Of a stretch of DNA of 64,000 bases, positions 38,601 through 50,483 are shown piece by piece. A model generated the notes under the pieces. That model was not told where the DNA came from. It did not search any database and saw only the letters and a program-made list of their open reading frames with translations. This DNA comes from Mobula hypostoma (Eukaryota), in assembly GCF_963921235.1 (NCBI RefSeq), contig NC_086108.1:79424001-79488000 (forward strand). Direction: 5' to 3'. Positions within the stretch are counted from its first letter, which is position 1. Every line of letters begins with the position of its first letter. The translations under genes and the position numbers were made by a program.

Positions 38601-38905
38601 GACTGTACATTCGCCAGCAGAATAGTCAGGAGTGGGATACTGAGGCCTCTGCATTTCAATTGTACCTGTAGTCCAGTGCGCCTTCCTCACTTCCTGTTTT
38701 TTAAAGGGGAACTGCACTTGCGAGCTGAGTCAGACTTTTGGGATCCATCAGTCTGATAGATTTTTAAAAACGTTTTAAAATGACGTTGCTTACGGCAGTA
38801 CCTCTGGCTGTGACCGTGGATTTCAACTGTAGTAAACGGGAATATCTAATGATTCCCACCAGAGCTGTAAGCAAAGAGTCACCACTTATCGGTGCCATCA
38901 TGATA
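35700..38905 (-). mobile_element. Near full-length degraded Rex1/Babar LINE (APE endonuclease plus RT)
   Basis: 5' ATGATGGCACC start region; ANVQSLENK..CCVFCFTETWL; VAVYNP..GDFNQ (38070-38390); RT; LALNSSKTKELVVDFRK; ESILIGCITIWY; 3' UTR. Confidence 0.92.
35806..36068 (-). mobile_element. tRNA-headed SINE with RTE-derived body, family B
   Basis: A box TGGCGGAGTGG, B box GTTCAAATCC, motif GAAGGCAATGGAAAACCAC (Bov-A/Sauria-SINE-like). Perfect 14-bp TSD tgtatataaaataa at 35792-35805 and 36069-36082. Confidence 0.88.
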
Positions 38906-39091
38906 TAGGCATGCTCTCTACCTATATCAGGGCTATATTTATGTTTTAACTTATGAACATTCTCGGTAATAAAATGATCACTACTGTGTGTTGCCAGGTT
39001 AGATAATGGAATGTGCATCTTGGTAAATAGAACCAAAATTTCATTCTTGTCTTTTGAATTGTTTTTTGTCCACTACAATTATGAAGTGTAG

Positions 39092-39180
39092 CAATGCACA
39101 AAAAAAAAATCCTGGAGGAACTCAGCAGATCAGGCAGCATCTAGGGAGGAAAATTAACAGTCAATATTTAGGGCTGAGAA
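39092..39180 (-). mobile_element. Penelope terminal fragment
   Basis: ctggaggaactcagcagatcaggcagcatcta..acagtcaatatttagggctgaga. Confidence 0.8.
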
Positions 39181-39519
39181 AGCTGAGTGTTTAAAGAAAA
39201 GATTATTACTTAAAGTATTTACTTGCATTGCATAAGTCTTGGAGTTGTGAAATATTGAGATTTTCAAGAAAAAAAAGACATTTTCAACCATTTTGGATAC
39301 AAGTACTTTTAAACTTTCATTCTTGGTTTGTCATCTTACACACCCCACAATTAGATGCTTGCAGTGTAATTGTTGGTAAGGATCTAATTTTCTTTATTTT
39401 AACTCACATGATGACCCAGTCTTAGAACACAATCCACTTGCAGTAAATTTCAGAGCAGAGCACGAAAGATGATTTTCTTCTCCTAATGAGCATAGTGGGG
39501 GGAAAAAGACATATATACT

Positions 39520-40785
39520 CATTAATTCCTCCTCTACTTCATTGACAACTGCACTGATGCTGCTTCATGCGCCTATGCTGAGCTCATCAATTGCATCAAT
39601 TTTGCCTCTAACATTCAACCTGCCCTTAAATTCACTTGGTCTATCTCTCCCCTTTCTTGATTTCCCGGTCTCCATCTCCGGAGGCAAACTCTCATACAAC
39701 ATATTTTATAAACCTATCGCTTCCCATGGTTATATTGACTATAGCTCTTCCCACCGTGTCTCCTGTAAAAACATTGTTCCCTTTTCTCAGTTCTTTTATC
39801 TCTGCTACATATATTCCCAGAATGCAGCTTTCCTTTCGAGGATATCAGAGATGCCCCCCCTTCTTCAAAGAATGGGGCTTCCATAAGATATAGGAGCAGA
39901 ATAGAATAGAATAGAAATTTCCCTTCCGCCACCATGGATGCTGCTTTCACCTGCACCTCCTCCATTTCCAGAACATCCATGCTCACCCCATCAGCCTCTA
40001 CATACAACACATCATCCATCCTCACAAAGGGATCCAACTACCAAACCTGTCTTTACCTTCCCCTCCCTCTCTCTGCTGTTCACAAGGATTGCTCCCTCTG
40101 TGATTCCTTTGTCCATTCATCCTTCCCCACTAATCTCCCCGCCCGGCTCTTATTCCTGCAAGTGACTTAAATGCTACACCTGACCATTCACCTCCTCCCC
40201 CATCTTCATTCAGAGGCCCAAACAGTCCGTCCAGGTGAAGCAACACTTTACTTGCAAATCTGCTGGGTCATCTGTCATGGCTGGTGCTCCCAATGCAGCC
40301 TCCACTACATGGGTGAGACCCATCATAGATTGAGGGACAACTTTGTCGAGCACCACCACACCATCTGCCAAAAGTGGATCTTCCCGGTGGCCAAGCATTT
40401 TCCTTCCCCCTTCCCTCTTCTTCTATTCCCCATTCTGGGCCTTTACCTCTTCTTGCCTGCCTATCACCTCCCCCTGTGCCCTTCCTTCTTTTCTCCTATG
40501 GTCCACTCTCCTCTCATCAGATTCCTTCCTCTCCAGCCCTTTATCTTGCCCACCCGCGCAGCCTCACCTATCACCTTCTAGCTATCCTCCTTTCCCTCCT
40601 CTTCCCCCCCCCCACCTTTTTATTCTGGCATCTTTCCCCTTCCTTTCCAGTTCCAAAGAAGGGTCTCAGCCCAAAACATCAACTGTTTATTTATTTACAT
40701 AAGTGCTTCCTATGCTGCTGAGTTCTCCACCATGTTGTGGGTGTTGCGTTGGATTACAAGTGTCTGCAGACATTTTTGTGTTTCT
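39520..40785 (+). mobile_element. Penelope-like element, 5'-truncated and frameshifted (RT C-terminus, GIY-YIG endonuclease, pLTR)
   Basis: YFIDNC (YIDD-like), PALKFTWS, LPFLD, FYKP..YIDYSSSH, and the GIY-YIG-like FTCKSAGSS / CSQCSLHYMGETHHRLRDNFVEH. Degenerate hammerhead at about 40648-40685. Confidence 0.9.
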
Positions 40786-42499
40786 GTAATGTAATACTTT
40801 ATTTTCTCACAGTGGGCAGTGTTTGCGGTCAGCATTTAAAGACCATGCCCTTGCTGTTAGATTAACATGCCCACGACTTCTGTTGCATGTTTAATAGTTT
40901 TACTTTCGAGTGAAGAAATCTCTGACTATTGAGCTGGTTCATCTGATTGGACATCTGCTGTTAGTCCCCAGTAGCTTGGGCTTGCAATGCACACAACTGG
41001 CTGTCAGACAATGAGCCTGCTTAACTCCCAGCTCAACTGAAGACATCACTTTCTGTGACAGATGATTGGCGTGGAAAATGTTGATTTTTTTTTGTCTGAG
41101 ATTTCCATCTAAATGATGTGGAAAATGTTTAATTTTTAAAATATATATTCTAATATATATTCTATGTAGCCAACCTTCATATAATTGTCTGTCCAAAACC
41201 TTGTTAGCTGTTCAACTAAACAATTATAAAAACAAAGTTACATTAAATTTACTCTCTTACTATAGAGTCCCAAACAGATTCAGAGGTTGGAACCCTGGGA
41301 AAGGTTGGCGTGATACTTGGCTGGAGCTTCTCGGCCTTCAGAAGCCCAGTAGCATTAAGCTATCCTGGGATGCCGGCTTGCTGAATGGCAGAGGCTGCAA
41401 GCAGAGCTACGGTTGGTAAAGGCACCTCCCAGCAATGTGCTGAGGGACTGGCTTTGTCATCGAGCAGGCAATCGGAAGGTGACGAGTTTGGCAATCAACC
41501 ATTCTGTCAGTCTGCTGCCTTTTAACCCGGAATGAAGATAAATTTCAGGAGTTACTCCAATAATTGCCAGTCCATGGGTAGAATGCTCCAACTGAATAGT
41601 GCCTTTTTAGATGAAGCGTATTTTTGAAATTTAATTTTTCACAGACTATCTACTAAAGCACAGCATTTTTTTGTGTTGCATTTGGCAGAGCTATCAACTT
41701 GTAAAATAACGATTACGGTGAACACAGGAACAAATATTTATGTTCTCTGTAATGTTTTCATAAATGTACTTTTTCATTCAAAATATGATTAATTTGCTAA
41801 CACGGTATTGAATGAGAGGGAAAGCAAGCTCCGTTTTGCGATAGTGAGCTTCAGGAGGGTATGTTCACTACGTCTACAGTACTGGATAGGCCACCACCAT
41901 ATTCACGGAAACATTTCGTAAATGGAAAAAGGTTTATTATTACAACATTCTGCTATTGTTGTTCATAGATGATTTAGCTGATGGTACTCAGTACAAAATC
42001 TTCAAAGTTGTTTCAGTAACCATCCTATAAGAAGGGTTTGATGTTTTAAGATGTGACTCAGATAGTTCCATTTGCAGTTCAGTTTAAAACTTATTAAAAT
42101 TGAACAAAGGAAGTGAATGAGAATAGTTGAAAGAAATAGTCATCAAGTATTCTAATCAAGGCAAACAATTTGGAAGTTGTTGGGGAAAATAATTGAAAAT
42201 GGATAAGTTTGCACATTTAGTACTATTAAAGTAAGGTACTGTCTTCCTTAGGAAACAATTCTCTCATGAACATAAGAATTAGACAAACCTCTGTATGGCT
42301 GTGCAACATGGGCATTAGTAGTAAGACACAAAGGAATACTTTGGCTAAGGGCTCTCTTACTTCAAGTTTTGGTGCATTTTCAACAAGGATAGTGAAGTTA
42401 TGGTGTTTTGCATTTGGGTGCTCAGGAGCAAGGTTGAAAGTGATGTAGGAGTTATAAATGTACTCCAGCAAGACATGGTATTGAAGATTATGTTATATA

Positions 42500-43279
42500 A
42501 AAAACTATTGTTTTTGATCATCAGACTAAAAGCTAGGTATGGGGTTAGCCAAACACTGCACATCATCAAAAACACACCATCCTTACTGTGAAGCACGGTG
42601 GTGGCTGCATCATGCTGTGGGGATGCTTCATTGCAGCAGGCCCTGGAAGGCTTGTGAAGGTAGAGGGTAAAATGGGTGCAGGGAAATTCTGGAGGAAAAC
42701 CTGATGTAGTCTGCGAGAGAACTGCGAATTTGGAAGAAGATTTGTTTTCCAGTAAGACAATGACAGCAAGCATAAAGCCAAAGCTACACAGGAATGGCTT
42801 AAAAACAACAAAGTTAATGTCCTGGGGTAGCCAAGTCAGAGACCAGACTTCAATTCAATAGAGAATTTGTGGCTGGACTCGAAAAGGGTGAAAAGGGCTG
42901 TTCATTCACAATCCCCATGCAATCTGACAGAGCTTGAGCAGTTTGTGAAGAAGAATAGGGAAAAATTGCAGTGTCCAGATGTGGAAACTGAATGGAGACC
43001 TATCCACATAAACTCAAGGCTGTAATTGCTGCCAAAGGTACATCTACTAAATACAGACGTGAAGAGGGTGAATACTTATGCAATCAATTATTTTGTATTT
43101 TATATTTGTAATTAATTCAGATCGCTTTGTAGTGAACTGTTTTCACTTTGACACAAAAGACTCTTTACTGTTGATCAGTGTCAACTAAAGCCAAAAGACA
43201 AAAGCCACTGTGATTCAATGTTGTAAAACAATAAAACGTGAACACTTCCAAGAGCGGTGAATAGTCATTATAGGTACTG
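42500..43279 (+). mobile_element. Tc1-like DNA transposon, 3' half (transposase pseudogene plus right TIR)
   Basis: [37 protein letters not shown] (WPSQSPDLNPIENLW motif) and AVIAAKGTSTKY. Right end ggtgaatagtcattataggtactg|TA. Confidence 0.92.
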
Positions 43280-43471
43280 TATATTTTAAGCAGCATATGT
43301 TAGTACCTCAATTTAGTATGCTTTAATAAGCCAGAGGCCACAGCTTTCCAAAGATTCATGATCCTCAGAGAAAAGAATCCTCCACAATTTTTTCTTAAAA
43401 TACATGGTACCTCATTCTGAACTTAAATCATTTTTGGGTGGGAAAACACTATCACTGTATCTACCTTATAC

Positions 43472-43772
43472 GTTTCAAAGTAAATTTATTATCAAAGTAC
43501 ATATTTGCCACTGTATGCTACCTTGAGACTCGTTTTCTTGCAGGCGTGTAGAGAAAAATAATGAAATACAATAGGATCTTATGAAATACTATAAATTACG
43601 AAGACTGACAAACAATGTGCAAAAAAACAAAACGTGCAAATAATAAAAAAGTAAATAAATGATACTGAGTTGTAAAGTCCTTGAAAGTGAGTCTGTAGGT
43701 TGGAGAATCAGTTCAGCATTGAGGTGAGTGAAGTTATCACTGCTGGTTTAGGAGCTCGATGGATGTAGCATA
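43472..43772 (-). mobile_element. Rex1-type 3' UTR fragment
   Basis: ttcaaagtaaatttattatcaaagtacata..gaggtgagtgaagttatc..ggtttaggagc. Confidence 0.6.
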
Positions 43773-43799
43773 TTATGATCATCCTGTATCCGACTGACT

Positions 43800-45600
43800 C
43801 CAATGAGTGTCGGTCCAACCTACTCAGCCTGGCCTTCATCAGACAACCCCTTTATTCCAGGAAACAACCTGGTAAATCTTCTTTGAACTACCAGCAAAAT
43901 AAATTTCTTTCAATGAGGAGACCAAACTTGTGTAATACTCCAGATATGTCCTCACCGATGAGGTGTGCAGATGTAGTATGACTTCCCAACTTTATACACC
44001 CCATTATCTTTACAAGCAACCCACATTCCATTTGTCTTCCTGCCATATGTACAGACTGTCTTCATACATGCAAGATTTGCCTCTTGCTCTGCTTTTTTAT
44101 TCTTTTAGCAAACTTTCTCTACATTATTGTTCATCTGCCATCTTATGCCCACTGGCTTAACCTATCTATATCCTTATGTAACTCCTTGGTGTTCCTCAAC
44201 TTGTTTTCCCACCCACCTTTGTATCATGACTAAATCTGGACATCCTCCAAGAAGACCACAGCCTTGTTGTTGGGTTTGGAGGCTTGTGTGCCTCAAGGAC
44301 CCAGAGGGCTATATTGGCTGGAGTGAGGGCTTTACGCTTTGGCTCTGAGTAGCGTCACCCATGCCGAACAGGTCAAAGGGTAGAGGACAGACTAAGAATG
44401 TTCCAGGTTCAGGGGTTCTGCTTAGGGCTAACAACCCTGACTGGTCAAACAAAATTGTTACAGAAACAGCAATGAAGAATTCTTCTACATTTGAGTGTGA
44501 TGGTATTCCTGAGATCCACCCGGGATGCATGACTGAGAGTAGTGAAAACCGAGAGGAAGCTACTGACATGAAGAAGGAAGCCCCGAACCCCGCCAGAGAT
44601 GGAGGACCTTCACTGCTGCCCTAAACGCCAGTGGTGTAATGGGCAGAAAAAAATTCTGGATATAATACATTCAGTTCCTTCATCGAAGTCATTAGTACAG
44701 ATTGCAAATAATTGAAACCCCAGCACTGATCCCTGTACAGCATAATCAGCTACAGCTTACCAGCCTGAAAATGATTCATTTACTTCTGATTCTCCATTTT
44801 CTCTTCATTAGCCAATTCTGTATTCACATTAATACATTATTCCCAATGTCATGAACTCGTATGCTATGCAGTGACCTTGCAAATTGCTTGTGCACCATTT
44901 TGCTTGCCTCCACGAAATCCAAATATACCTGCTACACCTTGTTTACCACATTTGGTACATTGTTGAAGTACTCCAGTAAGGTTGTCAATCACAAAACAAG
45001 TTGGTTTTCCTTTATTGTTTTATGATTTACTAAATATTCTGCACTTCCCTTCATTTTCCCAATGACTGATGTTCAGCAAACTGGCCTATATTTTCCTGCT
45101 TCCTGCTTTCCTTCTTTCACGAATGATGATATGACATTTGAGGTTTTCCAATACACTGAAACCTTTCCAGAATCTCAGGAATTTTGAAAGATCACAATCA
45201 ATGGATTCACCATTTATGGAACTGCTTCAAAACTCTCCGATGCAGGCTAGCATATCCAGAGGACTTAATAGCATTTCATAGTTTTCCCAGCTCCTTTTCT
45301 TTTACAATGCTGATTGATATGATGGTGAAAAGTTCCTCCTTTTCCTCCTGATTCTCACCAGTTACTGGATGTCTATCGTGAAGACACACAAAATATTTAA
45401 CAAGTGGTGTTCAATCTGAAACATTAATTCCATTTCTCTTCTCGTTGACTTTGCTTGACCTGCTGTGTGTTTCCAGCATTATCGGTTTTGTTTTACAAAA
45501 TATTTGTTTGTAGTTTCTGTCATTTATTAATTTCCTGTTAATAATTCCCAACTCTCACCCTTTTTTGTATACTTCTAGGAGTCTTACTATTTTTAGCTGC
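43800..45600 (-). mobile_element. Old CR1 LINE fragment (RT region), interrupted
   Basis: ccccagcactgatccctgt (reverse of QGSVLG), atactccagatatgtcctcacc, aactggcctatattttcctg. Confidence 0.7.
44244..44650 (+). mobile_element. Bipartite non-autonomous RTE retroposon (RTE 5' UTR fused to RTE 3' end)
   Basis: 5' gccttgttgttgggtttggaggcttgtgtg..gtcacccatgccgaacaggtcaaagg resembles an RTE 5' UTR. 3' tggaggaccttcactgctgcccta..gggcag. Imperfect TSD aa(a/t)tctgga(c/t)at. Confidence 0.75.
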
Positions 45601-46029
45601 CTTGCTAATTTACTGTCATTTGTTTTCTGAGTCCAATTATTTATTTTTAATCTTCCTCTTATAATTTCCAAAAGATTCCTAAATCGGTAAAGCACCAATC
45701 TTTGTAGCATTAAACTTACTCTCTTTCAATTCGATACAACCCTTAATTCCCTTTGTTAACCATGGCTGGCATGCCTTTTCCTTCTCTAGTTTTCAGAATT
45801 AACTATATGAAAAACAATAAATAGACATTTTCTATTGACACAGTGATTTGCTTAGAAGAAAAAAAGAAAATTTTGCTTTAATGAAGAATAAAGAGAATAC
45901 TATACATTAGGAAAAATGTGTACTACATTCTAGATGAGAAGTTCAAAGCTTTTCGAAAAATCAATTCAAAAATTAATAAACATGACTACAGAGTTGGTGA
46001 AGTTAATGAACAATATTTCATTTTTCAAT

Positions 46030-46182
46030 AACACACACAAAATGCTGGAGGAATTCAGCACGCCAGGCAGCATATCTATGACAACATCAACTCTTCATTC
46101 CTTTACATAGATGCTGCCTGGCCTGCTGAGTTCCTCCAGCACTTTGCCTTGGATTTACAGCATCTGCAGATTTTCTCGTGTT
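46030..46182. mobile_element. Inverted pair of Penelope termini
   Basis: tgctggaggaattcagcacgccaggcagcat versus atgctgcctggcctgctgagttcctccagca. Confidence 0.88.
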
Positions 46183-46299
46183 AATAGTTAATTTTACATG
46201 ATTTGAACACAAGAAAAATGTAACAGAACAGCTTACTTCAGTTAAACTGAAATATAACAGTATGATACAACTAACAATGGCAGTAATTTATGTGTAGAC

Positions 46300-46492
46300 A
46301 GGATTTTAGGGAACCTTCTTAAACACTTTGAAGGTCTAGATGGACAGATTTGAAGTCTACAGGGAGTTTGAAAATGATAGGGATTTGGCAGTGGAGCTGA
46401 GGCTAAGATATGGTGAGCCGTGTTTTTATTGAATCGCAGTGCACGTTTGAGAGCCTGTATGGTTTACCTATGATACATTTCTTATGTTCTGG
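46300..46492 (+). mobile_element. Old CR1 3' tail
   Basis: gtggagctgaggctaag..gagcctgtatggtttacc..ttcttatgttct. Confidence 0.6.
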
Positions 46493-47626
46493 TGTTTTCA
46501 TTGTCTTCGGGCATCCTAAAGTTCCTCACAGCGAATTAATTACTGTTATAGTGTCTTGAATTTTGTCAGGTAACTAAATGTACTGTTGTAACCTCTTTAA
46601 ATAAATGGCCCATGTCCAGCTGGAGGAAAGGTGGGATTTTACATTTTAGCTTAAAGCTGTTCTATTATATATCAAAAAATATTATTAAAAACAGTTGTCA
46701 AGAAGTCCTCAGTCTGAGTGTTAGTGTGACACAACCACATGGAAGTCATTCAGCATCCTAATAAATGTTGTTGGAGGGTAGGGGAAAAATCAGAAGCATG
46801 CATAGTAGGGTAATATCAAAAGTGAAGATGAGTCCAAATTAAAAAATAACCTCTTATATGATAGGTTGTAAACTGACTGTTACAAAATCAGATAGTTTAC
46901 AAAAAGGACAATTAATAGTTGTTACATCAGTAACTTCCTATCTCTGTACTATTTAACAACATAATTCACCTCGAAAGAGAACTTGATGAGAGGATCAAAA
47001 AACCTCTATTTTTAGCAAATTGAACTACACATGTTAGGAATGACAAACTGAACCCAAGCATCAGACTTCTGTCCCCTGTACCTTTCTATGTGACTGTGAA
47101 AGGTGAATCGTGCACTCCAAAAATGAATTTGAATTTGTACAGCTTCAACATTCAACGTTTCGCGGTCACTTGGGACTAATAGTTCAGCAGAAACTACTCT
47201 CTTGAGAGAACCAGCCCACAGTCTCCAGATTCTCGTAAGCATTGGTGGCTGCGTCAGGTAGCCTCAGGATATTCGCCCAAGGCTGTGCTCAGGGTGCAAT
47301 GTGAATCATTCGCAATGCAATGAAAGTCTACAGGAAAGCTCTCGGGAAGTTATGCATTCAAAGTAAAATGTTATTTTACCTTTCCCATTAACAGCTGGGA
47401 GAACCTTGCCTACTATTGCTCAGTCTGGAGAAAGCAGGGTCAAGGCTAGTACAGTCACCAAAGAATCCAAGCAGAGGTATATTTGCAAGATAAAAACTGA
47501 TTCTGCTTTAACCTCCAGATCCCCTTTAACCCCTGTCAAATTGTAATTTCCATATCCAGCTACTGACTTCGTCCTCTGCTTCAGCACCATCTCAGGATTA
47601 AAAAAAATATGAGCTAATTACTACTT

Positions 47627-47930
47627 TCAGAGTCAGAATCAGGTTTTATATCACTGGCATACGTTGTGAAATTTGTTGTTTTGCAGCAGCAGCAGTACAT
47701 TGAAAAAAATCTATAAATTACAATAAGACGTAAAATCTAATATAAATCTGATGGTGGAGGGGAAAAAGCTAGTCCTGGCAAAGGGTCTCGGCCCGAAACG
47801 TCAACTGTACCTCTTCCTATAGATGCTGCCTGGCCTGCTGCGTTCACCAGCAATTTTTATGTGTGTTGCTTGAAATTCCAGCATCTGCAGATTTCCTCGT
47901 GTTTGCCTAAAACATTGAGTGTGTTTTCAT
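47627..47930 (-). mobile_element. Rex1 tail containing a + strand Penelope mini-element (47771-47905)
   Basis: tcagagtcagaatcaggttttatatcact. The insert begins agtcctggcaaagggtctcggcccgaaacgtcaactg. Confidence 0.8.
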
Positions 47931-48874
47931 CACCTCTGATTGTCATCTCCTCCCCAGCCTTGGTACACTTACTGATAAACCATATTGTACTCTGAAATCA
48001 TCGACTATTTATTCTTCTCATGGTCAGTCTCTCTCAAGACCCCAGTTCAATTTAAATTCTGCATCCGACATAGTAACTTGCACTATTATAATTGTGATTT
48101 ACTTTCTTTGTACACTACTGCTACTAAATTTCAAAATGATAAAAAAAAATCATTGCGTAGAAGTCGGTGATAATAAGTCTGATTCTGATACTTCTGGACC
48201 TATATTTGCTGCCCAGGCCCATCAGCACCTCAGTTTTAAAATTATTATTCATGAGCTTAAATCCTTTCCTTGAGAAAATTAGAGGAGTCACAATGGTTGG
48301 TATGTTAACTGGTCACTATAAGTTGCCCTTAGTGTGTTGGTGAGTGATAGATTCGAGGGGGAAGCTGGAATATTGGAGAATAAGATGGAATTTATGTTTA
48401 TGAATGCTTGATGGTCAGGACAGACTCAGTGGACTGAAAGGCTTCTTGTCTCCTATATGTCTCCATGATTCAATGAAGAACTTAGTATTCCTTCACACCT
48501 TGTCTCTTCAATTACCACATCATTTATTCTGTGTTCTCAACTGTTTTTGTCCTTGGTTTTGTTACCCGAATCTCCACAACCCACCCCCAACCTGCACCCC
48601 AAACCTTTCTGCCTTTCACCTCCTTGGTTTTCCAATGTTTACTTTTGTTCTTGCCTGACTTGTGAGCCAATTTTGGACACAAGAATTTGTTAGTGTTCTG
48701 TATAAGTGAATGTTTTTGTAATTTATATTCAGATTGTGTTTGTGACTTCTGACACTGATGTCTTTGACACAACGTATTCATCTATTCTATCGTGCGGTTC
48801 TATTGAACAATTCGCGCACAAATTAAATGTTGACTCTACAATATGTGAACTCTCTTCTCCAATCTTCATTCATT

Positions 48875-49370
48875 TATCTGAGGCCTCTGCTGGTCAGAGT
48901 TGATCATGGATATTGCGCTCCAGCTGTCTAGATATACAAGCCTGGGCAGTACGATATGAAGAGCAAGCTGTTGCCCGTGTGCAAACTGCCCCTCTCCATG
49001 CATCTGAGACCAATAAAATTTTGGCACCAGAAGTGTTGCAGGAGTTGCCAGTCAGCATTGAACTCATTGGGGTTGACTCCCAAGGTCTTCCCCATGAGTG
49101 GATAGAGCCGCAAGGCAGCAGGATTTTCCTTCTCCTAGTTGAGCTGCCAACCACAGCTGGTTTTAAGGCACCAGTAACCTGCCTTTGCCCCTTCTCCTGT
49201 CAGTAGAAATGGTTCTGCCGGCTTAGTAGTTAAACCACACGTGAACGCCAGGAGCTGGATTTGTTGTCAGATGCTACTTGAGGCGCGCGCCATTGGGAGT
49301 ATTTAATAGGTAGGGGAAGCTTGTCCCCATTACCACCACCCCCCAGCTATAACAACCTTAAGGAACCAAG
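48875..49370 (-). mobile_element. Non-autonomous RTE/RTE-X-like retroposon
   Basis: No ORF. Its 3' module is shared with SINE family A (gcctgggca..tatg(g)aaga..gttgccc..tgcaa..cccctctcca). taggagaaggaaaa is an RTE 5' UTR-like motif. Confidence 0.6.
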
Positions 49371-49799
49371 GGAATCATTGAATATTGTCCCTTCTAGATA
49401 TGCTTTCTTACCCCTGTCCTGTTAACCATGGGACTGCACCTTGTGCGTGCATTCTGCCAGCCCTGCTCATTATGTTCCCATCTCCCCTCCAGCCTTGAGC
49501 TGCCTTTACACTTGATTGCTTCCTTACATTTGGTACTTATTGTTTAGGTTTCCAGTGATTCCCTGTGTATAAGGCTGTCTGGCAGCTCTTAATAATTCCC
49601 TTAATCATTTAGCAAATTCTGTTTTCTTGCTCGCATTTTATTTTACTTGGATGGAAGAAGGAGTATAACAGGTAAACGGTGATACAGGGACATTTATGTT
49701 TGTTTTCAGTTGGCATACAGCAGTTACTTGGTATGTTTCTTTAAACCATTTGGTTTCAAACAATGCTCAAAGAAGTGACAAACTTACCTTCAATCTTAA

Positions 49800-50025
49800 G
49801 CAACACACTCAAAATGCTGGAGGAACTCAGCAGGCCAGGTAGGATCTATGGAAAAGAATAAACAATTCACATTTCAGGCTGAGACTCTTCGTCAGGACAG
49901 AAGAATCACGGCCCAAGATGTTGACTGTTTACTCTTATCCATAGATGCTGCCTAGCCTGCTGAGTTCTTTCAGAATTTTGTGTGTTGGCTTGGATTTTCA
50001 GCATCTGCAGAATTTTTCATGTTTG
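49800..50025. mobile_element. Inverted pair of Penelope termini
   Basis: caacacactcaaaatgctggaggaactcagcaggc versus gcctgctgagttctttcagaattttgtgtgttg. Confidence 0.88.
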
Positions 50026-50330
50026 CTTTCAATCTTTTTATGTCTGTTTACTTCTGGGACATCCTAATGCTAACTGACTTTCTGCTTTCCCATGGCAGAG
50101 AGAAAATTGTATACAGGTCGACCTTCATTAATCTGACTACCTGTAATCCGGTTCCTTCGATAATCCACACTGATTTAAAATTTTCCGCGCAACTGTAATT
50201 TCAAATTCTCCGGGCCACCATACCAATCGCATTGTTTTGGTTGTGCTAGATCTGTTCATGTGTTGCTGCGCTCTTGTAAGCACAGACAGGCGATTCCTGC
50301 TTGTTTTCCTGCATTTATAAATATCATTTG

Positions 50331-50483
50331 CGTGAGGCGCGGCGGCCCAGCACCTGCCCGTCTCACCCGCCAGCGGCGGGGGAGCTGGCGCGCGCTGGGT
50401 CAGTCCACCCTCTCACCCGCCTGCCAGCAGTCGCACACTGCCCTCCAGCATCGCCTGGCCAGCGCTCCGTTCTCTTCTGCCTA
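50331..50483 (+). other. Probable rDNA ITS2 3' portion
   Basis: Very GC-rich 153-bp segment directly abutting the 28S 5' terminus. Confidence 0.7.

Noticed and set aside
42500..43279. Active Tc1 transposase
   Set aside because: It has multiple stops and frameshifts, and the left TIR and DNA-binding domain are missing.
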